NCBI GenBank assembly: GCA_012026655.1
Contig: JAAILG010000910.1
Span: 1-64,000, forward strand
DNA from: Hydrolagus affinis
Taxonomy: Eukaryota
Length of the DNA: 64,000 nucleotides
Direction: 5' to 3'
Under the pieces are notes generated by a model. It worked only from the letters and a program-made list of their open reading frames with translations. It did not search any database and was not told where the DNA came from. Below, piece by piece: positions 53,081 through 64,000 of the stretch. The stretch's first letter is position 1. Each line of letters begins with the position of its first letter. The translations under genes were made by a program, and so were the position numbers.

Positions 53081-56000
53081 TGTGAACAAAACACCTCCAT
53101 GAGAAGTAGAAGACAATATATGTCTAATATGTTGGGTTGTCAAGTGAAGAAACATCTCTAGTTATGTGTTCTGCTGTTTCTTCACATCTATAGAAACTAC
53201 TCAAAACCTGACCCACAACCATCTACTAGGCAAACCACAACTGCCCATGTTGATGCCAGTGAATGCTTCAGACTTGTTTTTCCTTAGGGCTGGGGAGGGG
53301 CAGGTACCTTAAAATGTAGCAAACTAATTCACTAGTTGGGTCAATTCACCACCCAATTTCAAGGTTAAAGGCCATTTTTACCAACAAGAGGAAAATTGTA
53401 CCATTGTGTAATAAGTGTATTATTTTTAATCAGACATTTGCACAGTTTGGAAATGGGTAAATAATCAAGTTTGAGGGAAGAAACAAGTAATTTAGTGGAT
53501 TGCTTAATTCAAACAGTTTTTTAAAAACAATATGAGAGTCCCAAGATCAAACACTTCCTTAAAACAAGCAATAATGCAGTCTAAAGTATTTCATGTGACC
53601 TTATCAATGGGATAACCAAAAACAATTCTTCCTTTATAGAGGAGGGGACAAAAAGAGATTCACATCTCACAAGAGTTCAGTGAGCTGACTAGACACAGTA
53701 ACCATGATCAGTCAGAAAGGCAGAAGAGTTATTAGCTTCACCCTGAACCACCTACTTAATGTGGGGCCACTGGTGATAGTTAACAGAGCCAGGCTGAGGT
53801 GACAAGCTTTGGACCTGCATGAGGAAATCCAATTGAAAAGCAGCCAAGGGGAACAACAGGGTAGAAACAGATGTTCCAGCTACCAAGAGTTACAGGTTTG
53901 AAAGAAGAATATATGACAAAGGCTCCATACACAGCAGGCTCCAAACTGAACTTTTATTCTTTTACCTGCGCAGCACCTCATCTTAACTCATCAAATCTAT
54001 GCTTTGATGGAACACAGCCAAAACAGGTTCAACATAATCTGCATGTATGCAAATGAGTTTTGGTTGCTTAAAAAAAATGCCTTATCCCCCACCATCCACC
54101 TACCCACCCACCCACCCAAAGGGAGCGGAAAAGATCGAACAAAAAAACTTCTGTTGGAAACACTTGAAGGACTGAGTAGGTCCATAAATAAACTAATTTT
54201 AAACAGCCAAATTTAAACTCAGCAGGATGGAGCCAAAGAAAACAAACAAATGGAAAAATGACACTCTTCACAAAGTAACAAGAAACACAGCAGTTTCTGG
54301 AACTGTAGTTTATCAAGACAGACAAGTTTCAATTAATACCAATATTGCTGTAATGTTTAGGGGTGGGGGTGGCTTTTTTTTGCACAGGGTCCAGTTCCAT
54401 CCAGCGGATAGATTTCATCAGCTCAAACCTGCAGTAGCACAGTGAACTTTGATCAGTGGCTTGAATTCATGACTGTCTGTCCCCAGTGGGGTAAAACTGA
54501 CCTGAAACTATATATCCTATCTGAGACCTAGAAAAAAGGGAGAGACTGTGTCACAGTAAATTGCTTGTAATCAATACATAATGATCACAGTACTTTCTGG
54601 TCTATACACACACATTCAAGGGTGGGACTTATCCTCAGCCTCTTTTCTTTTTGTAAACCAACTTGGTCCCACGGTTTCAAAACTGACCATGACATAAGGG
54701 TAATGATACCTATCTTTTATGGCTAGCATAGATTTAGAGAAAATAAATCATCCCTAATTGAAGGATTTAGTCTACATGATGCTACTAGTACCATTGTTAC
54801 AGTTACTGTTTGAAGTATGCACCAAATCGGGCAATGAATGCCATTGCGAATGCTTCCCGCGAACGATTATTTCTCAGAAACTAGAAAAGATGTGAGAATT
54901 AGTATCAAGGCTGCACACATTTATCATAAAAGAAGCGTTAGGACTTATAAAGTACTGTATATAAGCAAGGCACTGTGGCCGGCAGAGAGCATCTCTATGA
55001 TGTTGTGTTGCTGTAGAAAATTAGTGGGGATTTCTAATGAAGCAATTTAATTTGCACAGTAGTTATTGCAATCACATCAGTTTATTATTAAATAATAGTT
55101 TATCTTTATTAATGTTAAGCTAATTGTTCATACACACAATATTAAGAAAGACAATACTGAATTTTACGAGGTTCGTAGTGCTGTAGGACAAATAAACCAG
55201 CCCTAAACTAAAATTGAAAAATACAAGATTGAACCTTATTCAAAAATTTGGGTAAAGTAATAATACAGGTGCCAAAGATTATTTTGTGGCTAATAAGAAG
55301 AAGGATTCTTCTTCCTTTTTAGCTGCATTCCATTCATTCATTTTTAAAGAAACTTCAGAAGTGATGCTATATGGTATGAAAAGGAATTTGTTCCCTTAAA
55401 TAGGGAACCAAAACTAGTAGGTATGTTTTAAACTACTTTTTCAATGAAATATTTAACTATAAAGTCTGAAGATAAAAAGTATATCAATAATACAATAAAC
55501 AAAAAGTAATGAACTTCAATAGAATTAAAAATATTTGTTTGAAGGCATGCAATTAATTTCTTGGAAATGTTTCCTTGCTCTCACTATGAACAATGATTTG
55601 TTGTTATGTGACAATAGTGTGAAGTTAACTTTAGATTTTCTCATCTAGACTGACAGAGCTCTCATTTTAAACTGAACCTGCAAAAAAGTAAAATGCTGGT
55701 TTTCTTATGTTAAATAATCAATTCCTATAATTCATTAACAACTGATTTTTACAGTAAATGCTTTGAAAAGAAACAAAATCTTTGAAGATAATTTCATCAG
55801 TCACAAGGAATAATGTCAACTTATCTGTATGTGCAATCCAACTTGTGCTGTTAATGTTTGTGATTATGTATTTTTAATTTTATATACATTACCAATGAGG
55901 TTCTAACTTGAATCCCAATTTGCAGTGAATCATATTTCAATTCTCTAGCGTTGTGCGGTCACAAAACAATTTTTACTGCCAACATTTCACAAGGATGAAT

Positions 56001-58704
56001 TGCCTTTCTCAATTTTTGATTTATGTACATTTTTTTAAAAAACGTACTTCTACAGCCTCACTTTCTTACAAATAAAAGTACCAACATTCAGAAATAATTC
56101 TCTCAATTGCTGATGTGTTCACCACAACATTTCTCATAACTTCAGGCTGCAGATCTGATCTCCAATATTTATTGGTGATGTTGTGAAACAAATCCTGGAT
56201 TCAATAAGGTAAGTGTTTACTCCACTTTATCCGTGATATAGAATAAAGAGCATTAAAAAATTTCTGCTGCTTATGGCATAGTTTAAGAAATAATACGTTA
56301 AACATTCATTCCAACATAATTGTTGGTTATTTTCATTACGGTTTCCATTTTCACACTTGTTAGTTATTTGAACCAGTTTCTCCATTACAACATTTTTATA
56401 CTTGTGCATGTACTATTGAAATGAAATGTTTGTAAAAAATGACTGGGAAATCATTAACTCTTGCACACTGTATCTTGCCTTTTTCCAAGAAATACTGTTC
56501 TTATTTTAATCGCATAAGCTTTCATTTTCCAGCAATACCGAGTTAGAAAAATGGAAGAGAACTTTCTATATTTACCACACAAAATATATTTTATATTTAA
56601 CAGCACACATGAACGATATTTCTTACAGATGAATTGTACCTTTAAGTGTAAAGTTGATTGACACATACTTTCACTTAATGACTGCAATTACAAAGAAAAA
56701 CAACTACAATCTACATCTGTTCTATGTAACAATCATGAGCTCCTATTGAAACCACATACAGAAATGTCAGAAATGCCAGTCTAACAACTTCATATAACCT
56801 GTCAGTTGTGGAAGACGAGAAACAGTTTAATGAGTATCAGCAACATTTTGTAAACATTTGTTAACAAAAAAAGACCAGAAATCATGAGTTTCCAATGACG
56901 AATATAATAAAAGCATTGGCATATTGTAAAGCCATCTCTGCCAAGCCAGTCAATATGCCCACAGGAAGTGTGCATGGCGTGCATTACATCTGTAAAACAT
57001 TCAGATATGTCAAAGTAGATCATTACATTTCAACCAAATTGCAGTCACTATAAGTAACTACAGTATATATAAATTATTTTTCAATATGGAATCCTATGCA
57101 GTTACAGTATTTCAATAACAAAAAGGCAACTAGAAAAGAGTTTCATAAACTTACCACATGTGTGGATATACCAAAAGTAGCTTTAAAGCTGACAAAAAAT
57201 TGACATATGTGTTCTTAATCTCTTTTATAATTAGCTTTATTGTTGCCTTTTTCTGGTGTCCTTTTCTTCTTCAGCTGGAAGGAGGTCATACAATCTGAGC
57301 AACAGTCTCTCCAAGCCCCCCATGAATGAGGACCCTAAGTGGCCAGCAGGAGGCAGTCTTAAGTGACACAGATCTTGCTACGACCATTTTTTTCTTCTCC
57401 TCACCTCCCACCCCACCGTCTGTGATGGAAAACTTCTTGACAAGTGTAAAGAACTTCACTCAGCAGCCAGAAAGATGCCAAAGCTGTAGAGTTGAACAGT
57501 CGTTCCCAGCTGAGATCTGAACTCAGGCCTTCTGCTTGGGAGTTCTACCTCTTGAGTTGCTAGATTCCTCACCTTTCAAGGTTAACCCTATTGCTTTCAT
57601 ATGAACACCAAAAATACAAATTGTTTATTTGGTGAATAAACTTGTTTATTGTTCAGGGCACACTTGAATTAAACTTTCGAAATGTTCTGAGCTATAAAAT
57701 GAGTCTACATGTTTTACAAGGATTGAAGTAATCCTTGGATCTATACTGCAAACTAAGATCAAACCTGCCTTTCTGTGCAATTCCTTAAAGTACTCAATTG
57801 TTATAATTTAGCGAATTCTTAATAATTTGTTTTTTTTAAAAAAGGGAAGGGTCAAAAAGTCACTGTGGTCTCTTCATCTGATCTTCAATACTCTGCTAAT
57901 GTGAAACGACTTGGTTTGCTTTTATATGACACAACACATTACAACCCAAGCCGTTTTGATGTGAAACTGTCGCTTGGACAAAATTATCACAATTATAGAC
58001 CTGAAAGCAAAGGTAACTCTATGCATTCTGCTCCCACGTCGAAAAAATAGCTTTTCCACTTTTTAATGTTTACACAGAAAATGACTGTTTACTTATCATT
58101 AAAACAAGAAAGTAATTCTCCTGAATAACCTTTCATAGAGTTTTAATAACAGGGGCGAAATTTCATTGGTCAAATTTTTCTTTCATAATTCACCAATGGA
58201 TGTTAGTGCTGCCACAAAACGATACCACCCCCAGCTTTGTCGTTTGCCATGTGGAACGTTTAAAATATTTTACTGAATGGATTTAAAAAAAAACTATCAG
58301 CATTTTTGCAGCATCCATCATTACTGAAATGATTCACATGGCAAAGAGGCTGATTTTTTTTTAAGCCACAATGCATTTAGTAAAATATTCCAGAAACTTA
58401 TACATATTTTAAATTGAACAAAATTCTCATGGTCTGGAAAGAGAATTTTTACATCCTTAAATTCAGGCTTTATTCGATATTTGAAGGTGGTTTGGATCTT
58501 GTGCCACACATTACTTTTGTGTGCCTCATGCGCTTCCAAACCTGTAAATAGATGATTCTGACAAAGCTGTCACTTTCTTGGCCAAACAATCTAATTTATC
58601 AGTAACCTTTTATTAATAGCAATCCAAGTAATATGGTCATTACTTTCACTTTATCAAGCGGACCATTTTCATACTATGTAAATAATAATAAATATTATGA
58701 GTCA

Positions 58705-59022
58705 TTATGAATTTGATATAATGCTTTGCATGTCGGGAGGACGTTTCACAGAATTTACTGTAAAGTAGTGACTGTGAATTTTAGAGGCAACCGATCAGGC
58801 ATTTTGCACAAAACATTGTCCCACAGAGCCATAAAATGAATGACCCATTTCACTTGGAGGATTGTTGGCCCTGACACCAAGAAAATCTCTCTTAATTGCT
58901 TGAATAGTATCTTGGGATCTTTCACATCCGCCTGAACAGGCAAAAAGATTTAACATATTATCCAAAGGACAGATCTCCGATAATGCAGTTGTACCCCAGC
59001 ACTGTATTGGAGTGGCTAGCCT
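58705..59022 (-). mobile_element. Deu-domain SINE
   Basis: gaatagtatcttgggatctttcacatccgcctgaacaggca...tttaacatattatccaaaggacag. Confidence 0.72.
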
Positions 59023-59657
59023 ATCAAACGTACTCTTTCTACAAACTACAAAAATACACAGGAAGAGAAAGAAAACAGCTAAGCATGCTTTTAGTTTTTT
59101 TTAATAAATTGCACAGCTTTTAAAAGCTGCCAATTAATTGATTGTATAAACCCTAAGTGTTTAAGATTCCAAGAACTACAGAGCAATATAAAATCATAAA
59201 ACAAGAAAATATTTGTCTCTCTGTATAATTTTTTCACAATATCCTGAATTAATAAATATTCCATAGTTCTATGCATTTCTCAAATTCAATCACATTATCT
59301 AATAATAGAAGATTTGAGAAAATTAATTTTAAAGATGATTTCTGAAGCATTAACAAAGGTATACAAGCACATTTTTCAGAACTTACTGACTCAAATTCAC
59401 AAGAGCATCAATTGCAAGGTTAAGTTGTTATCTTAAAATCAGACTTCTTCTCTTTGTAAATAACTGAAAGCTTTCAATTTACACATATCACTTCCCTTCA
59501 TGTAAAGTGAAGGACTTATTTTCTGTACAATTCTGCACTATTTAAGACACCCAGAAGTGCTTCCGGGAACTCAAATTGGCAAGGACCAGCCGGCCATGTG
59601 CTTTTTCCCCATCACAGAACCAAAGTAATGTTACAGAATACAAGCTAAAGCTATATT

Positions 59658-60013
59658 ATTTATATAGCTGTTTGTTCTATCACCACTAAACACCTCTTCT
59701 CCCCAGTTTCGTTGAAACCTACCCCCTTCTGTTTCTCCCCTTGACGTCGTTAACACATATTCAACCCATCAGTTAACACACTCTTTTTTCCTTTTCCTTT
59801 GTCTTCTTTGTCTTCCATGTCCTGCCTCTCCCCGTTTAATGTCTTTAAGAAACCTCTCCCTCCAAACAAGCCCCAGTTCTGACGAAGGGTTGTAGACCCG
59901 AAATGTTGACTCTTTTTCCTTTCTCCATGGATGCTGCCTGACCTGCTGAGTTTCCCCAGCAACTTCTGGTTTTGTTTCAGATTCCCAGCATCTGTAGTAT
60001 TTTGTATTTTGTC
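59658..60013 (+). mobile_element. Penelope-like element terminal repeat fragment
   Basis: A pyrimidine-rich tract followed by ttctgacgaagggt...acccgaaatgttgactc...gatgctgcctgacctgctgagtt...cagattcccagcatctg, the end sequence I recall from shark and fish Penelope-like elements. Flanked by AAAGCTATATT at 59647 and 60014. Confidence 0.78.
59875..59911 (+). ncRNA. Minimal type I hammerhead ribozyme motif (PLE-associated, possibly decayed)
   Basis: AGUU-CUGACGA-A-GGGUU(GUA)GACCC-GAAA-UGUU-GACU: conserved CUGANGA and GAAA boxes, stem II, and stem I AGUU/GACU. Confidence 0.65.
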
Positions 60014-60110
60014 AAAGCTATATTTAACTGGCTTGTAATGGAAGTGAAGCTATATTTAGCCAGTATGTAATAGAAGGTAAAGCTATCGTTAGCTGGAATG
60101 TAATAGAACT
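60014..60110. repeat. Diverged minisatellite, about 32-33 bp x3
   Basis: aagctatatttaactggcttgtaatggaag / aagctatatttagccagtatgtaatagaag / aagctatcgttagctggaatgtaatagaac. Confidence 0.85.
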
Positions 60111-60663
60111 ATTCAGAAATGTCACACCACTAAACATGACAGTCATTAGAAAAAACGTCTCAGCCTAATATGCCATTCAACGCCTCCACAGCACCTGGCC
60201 AATGGCTTTGCCCAAATGAATCTCCCCATTTGACAGACGACCAAAGAATAAAGCGGATATTAATATTTAAGAAGGCACCTGTCTGTGTAACTTACAACAT
60301 GCTTCTCATCCCTTTGTTCTAAAAATTCCCTGCAGGAAATTCAAAGGTACAATTTCCAATGCTACAGGGGCAGACGTGCAACTAACGATCATTAAACACA
60401 GCTGCTCCGATCATGGCATCTTGGCATCCAAGCAAACAACTTCCAGAAATTCCAGAAGGAAGAGGATACATTTGCGGCAGTGGAGTGTAGGAGAAGGAAG
60501 CCATAGGGGCTGAAGAGGCATAGCTGTGACAGCTGAGAGAGGAACAAACCAGTTCTCCCATTTCAATGCATTCATTAATCATATACAATCACAATAAACC
60601 TACCAGCTAAGGTTATCTATGGTGACCAATCCATGGCAAAAAAGCATGAAACTTTCAGTGTAA

Positions 60664-60730
60664 ACTTTCAGTGCTTTGTCAGTGTATGCTCTGGTACTGG
60701 AAGGGTACACACTGATAAAACACTGAAAGT
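60664..60730. repeat. 67-nt hairpin (29-bp stem, 9-nt loop)
   Basis: ACTTTCAGTGCTTTGTCAGTGTATGCTCT-GGTACTGGA-AGGGTACACACTGATAAAACACTGAAAGT. Confidence 0.9.
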
Positions 60731-61199
60731 ATCCAGAGGTCACTGGCACCTAAAAGATCAAGTATATAAAACTGTATATTTTGGAGTGGGTTAAATTATG
60801 CTACCGTTTTACAATTTCCATTAGTTGCAATATTACAATGGGAGATCACAAGTGGAACACCACCAATGTAATGTTAATAGGTTCAACGAAACATTTGCGG
60901 CCAATTAAATTATGTTGGAGTTGATTTACCGAACTGTATCCGACACTCAATTAAGCTGCTGTCTTAATGTCCAGCAGGAACATTACTTCCAGTACTACAG
61001 GGGCAGATGTGCAACTATGTACAAAATACAAATTACATGCAGGCTAAAGGTGGGATAGAAAGAATTTTCCTAAATTCTCATTTGAAAAGTGTATGCCTTA
61101 AATATGGTGCAAAAGAAATACATAGATCAAAACAAATACAAAGGTTCAGGCAGTGATAGAATAATTATTTGTAAATTTGAGTACAGTTCTATAAAACTG

Positions 61200-61585
61200 A
61201 ACAACAAAAACAACACATGATATTTGTACAGCACCTTTCGCGACGGTAGGATGTCCCAAGGTGCTGAACAGACATGGATTTGGACCCAAGCTATGAGTTG
61301 AAATCAGGAGGTATAGAGGGCAGGGAGGGTAGAGGTAGGAGGGTGATTAAAGATACGGTCAAAGACTAGGGTCTTGAAACATGCCTTGAAGAAGGCAAGA
61401 ATGGGAACAATTCAAAGGGACTGTGTGATGGAGTTCCAAAAGGTGGCAGAGAGGCTGTTGATGGAGCAGGCCGGAGCCTCTGAGCAGAGGGAGCGAACAG
61501 GTCAATATTGTGTTAGCAGGTCACATAGGAAGGAGTAAATCCATGGAAGGCTTTGAAGGCGAGGACAAGGATTTTAAACTTTATT
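61200..61585 (-). mobile_element. L2 LINE 3' fragment
   Basis: Starts acaacaaaaacaac...gcacctttcgcgacggtaggatgtcccaagg, followed by G-rich reverse complement of the ORF2 end (ggagttcca, gagggagcg, gaggacaaggattttaaa). Confidence 0.78.
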
Positions 61586-63298
61586 CTTTATGAAGAATAA
61601 AATTCTTTGATTAATAACATGTATGTACACAGTGAATATCTCCGAAATTCTCTGCAGGAGTAAAAACAAAACTACCAATATTACAAGACGTCTGATTATC
61701 TCAACAATACCTCTTTGTTCTATGCTGCACATACTTTCAAATTAAGGCAACGTTGCAAAACCTTAATGTCAAACAAATGAACCACCGAAATAGGAAGAAA
61801 AGTAATCCTTAGTAAATGCTAACAGATATATCAAAGATATATTAAGTTCAGTGATCCAATCTCAGGGTTCAGAGAGCAATCATAAACTGCTGAAGCTTTG
61901 CCCTCGGCGGATTACTGGGCTGTAGTAATTCACCTCCAGGTATCCATTATCCTCTATAAAACATCTACCATCCACAGATTGCTGACAATGGGCTCTGTAA
62001 CAATTAGGAAGGTCACAGTGACTTGCTGTCAAGTGCTGCTAATGCATGCAAATAAATTGTCTTATTGTTGAAAATCGCGGTTTTCATTTTTAGACAGCTG
62101 AGGTCTACAATGAATTATCAATCATAATGGTAAGAACCCTCTGTTGATCAACATTGGGGAATGAATGTGCCTGAATTTCACATCCATTTATTTCAGGTTT
62201 TCATAGCAATCTCTATTTAATTACAGCACACCCTGTTTTACAAGCTCTTTCTTTCCGGTGCCTCTATTTTGCCTCACTCATTTTCCACACATCATTTATA
62301 CCTCGGAAGTTTCCATAAGAAGAGAAATACACAAGAAATAAGAACCAGGATAAAAACAGTAACTTGATTTCTTGTGGGATCGCGAGGTTTCCTTTAAAAA
62401 TCCATGGTGACAAAGCCATAGAGCAAAGTAAGAGATAGTGCTGCCATCTTATGGCAAGTTCTAGGAAGGAAGCATTCTTACACATTATTAAAGTTGCTGA
62501 CTGGAAACATCGAAACATACATACTCACATAGTACGTTCAGCGGCGCAGTAATTATAAAGAGTTGATTAAACAACCTTGGAAATCAATTCCCGGTTAACA
62601 TATTGATTTTGCAACTCTTAGTGCCATTTCTTTGTGTGATTTTGATCATTAAGTTGTATTTTTTCATTTTATTTTATGATTTATATCTGTTTCTATTGAT
62701 TTATTTGTAAACCGTAACTTTTTTTTCTTTGTCCCCATAAAAAAAGTCAATCCATTTCACAATATATTCTGTGAAGCGTCTTAATGATGTGATAAAGTGC
62801 TATGCCAAATGCAAGCATGATGATTATTATTATAAAGGGTCTCCATATCAGTTCTGTCAGGACGACTACTTCTATCTTTTGTTGAATAGAGAAATAAATG
62901 TTTCCTTGAATAAGTTTTAAATAAATGTAATGTAATAATGATATTGCGTCACGATAATAAAACTCGCATAAGTCGTAAGAGTCGACATAACATTTAATAT
63001 GACTCAATAAGGTTTCTAACATGACATTTTATCAGACTTGGAAACTGATTTATAATATTACCAGTTTTCTATGTGCCTGATTGTGTGTGTTGGACGACAC
63101 ATTCCTCACCATTCCTAAAACTCCAATTAAATAAAATCTGGTTAATGACCAAATACTGGACAGCCACAGCAGCACAATAGACTCCAGGTTTAATTTCCCT
63201 AAAATCACTTAAGGGAGATGCTAAGCAGGAGCCAGTTGGCCACCCATGGAGGTTAATGGCCCAGACAGTCAAAGGGAATGCACTGCCAAACTGCTGCC

Positions 63299-63317
63299 TA
63301 GCACCTCCTGGTGGCCA
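63299..63317 (-). promoter_or_regulatory. CTCF-binding motif
   Basis: Minus strand TGGCCACCAGGAGGTGCTA, 17/19 identical to the canonical TGGCCACCAGGGGGCGCTA, preceded by TGCAAC that resembles the upstream module. Confidence 0.6.
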
Positions 63318-64000
63318 GATGGAGAGTTGCATTGGCCAAGACCACAAGGCCAGATTCACCAGCTACATTCAGCCGGAAGTGTGACTAACATCATCTGATG
63401 ATGGGAGAAAAATAAATTTGAAATAAGCCCTATAGATTTCAAAGTGTAGCCGCACAACATTAGCCAAGGTCCAAATAGTCCTTTGGAAGCTGTTAGAGTT
63501 GTGCATGGAAGGCAATTCAGGAATTTAGCCTGTCTATGAAATCTCAAAACAAAATTCCCTTTTGAAACACAAGTTGACAACAGTTCATCCGTGACTAAAG
63601 AATGATGGACCTGAGATCTGTTCCAGGTCTAATACTCCCCTGTGAATGTGCAAAGAGTTTGTTTTTCTGCTGGTAAATGGCAATATAAATATTTCAGTGA
63701 AATTCATATTTTATTACTTTATTGATTCCAATTCAGTATTACAAATCCTCTGAAAATGTTTATGGTACCACTTTCAATTACTACAAAATCAAAACAGTAA
63801 ATGAAAACTGATTCATCAACAAGAATGCATAAAAATTTATCACCTGTAAATTTGTTTTGCATCCCATGTCCATTTACAACTTGAATACAATGAACAACAC
63901 TAAAGAACATCAAACATATCTAACAACCAATATAAATTCAGATACCTGAACATAAATTCAGACAACTGAAATTCAATTAACTATTCTGTAAGGAGTTTGT

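Noticed and set aside
60014-60110. CRISPR-like array
   Set aside because: The units are contiguous diverged tandem repeats with no unique spacers, the context is eukaryotic and there are no cas genes.
60382-60588. Minus-strand ORF with a good acceptor near 60533
   Set aside because: No frame resembles the 7TM sequence expected upstream of TM7, and no convincing donor follows.
1-64000. The many 60-137 aa ORFs of the ORF track as genes
   Set aside because: They are short, often begin at non-ATG codons and show no recognisable domains. Those with motifs are LINE remnants, and the real coding sequence here is spliced.
40934-64000. TM6 exon of the GPCR
   Set aside because: The candidate donors I checked (near 41915, 44995, 45417, 49536, 63109) gave no LLPxLGxTW...NxxQ-like peptide. 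The exon probably lies beyond the window, though I may have missed it.

Overview
AT-rich vertebrate genomic DNA. The repeat complement (tRNA-derived SINEs, Deu-domain SINEs, CR1 and L2 LINE 3' ends, a shark-type Penelope-like end) points to a cartilaginous fish, probably a chimaera; this is an inference. The window is mostly intronic. It holds the 3' part of a minus-strand adhesion GPCR gene of the ADGRD (GPR133/GPR144) group, which the ORF track largely misses. Four exons (40933-40892, 28869-28816, 22941-22749, 12104-12022) splice in frame to GLFIFLIYGVYNTE|VRSTIKRIKERRKALNFS|NCASSRPSSSLTSSRPASSP...FYDNSVIYENPAAAND|RQLSTPSLSRGPDEELSCCSQSPVTSTK, i.e. TM7, helix 8 and the C-tail. I did not find the TM6 exon; it probably lies beyond 64 kb. 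Most listed ORFs are spurious or decayed LINE fragments. The best leads are a recursive-splice-like site at the start of the helix-8 exon, a minimal hammerhead ribozyme in a Penelope-like end, a 43-bp inverted templated insertion in a SINE head, two long hairpins (one bracketed by 31-bp direct repeats), a TA-flanked Tc1/mariner MITE and CTCF-like motifs. I cannot demonstrate a wholly new biological system from the sequence alone. Family names for repeats are from recalled consensus sequences, not database searches.
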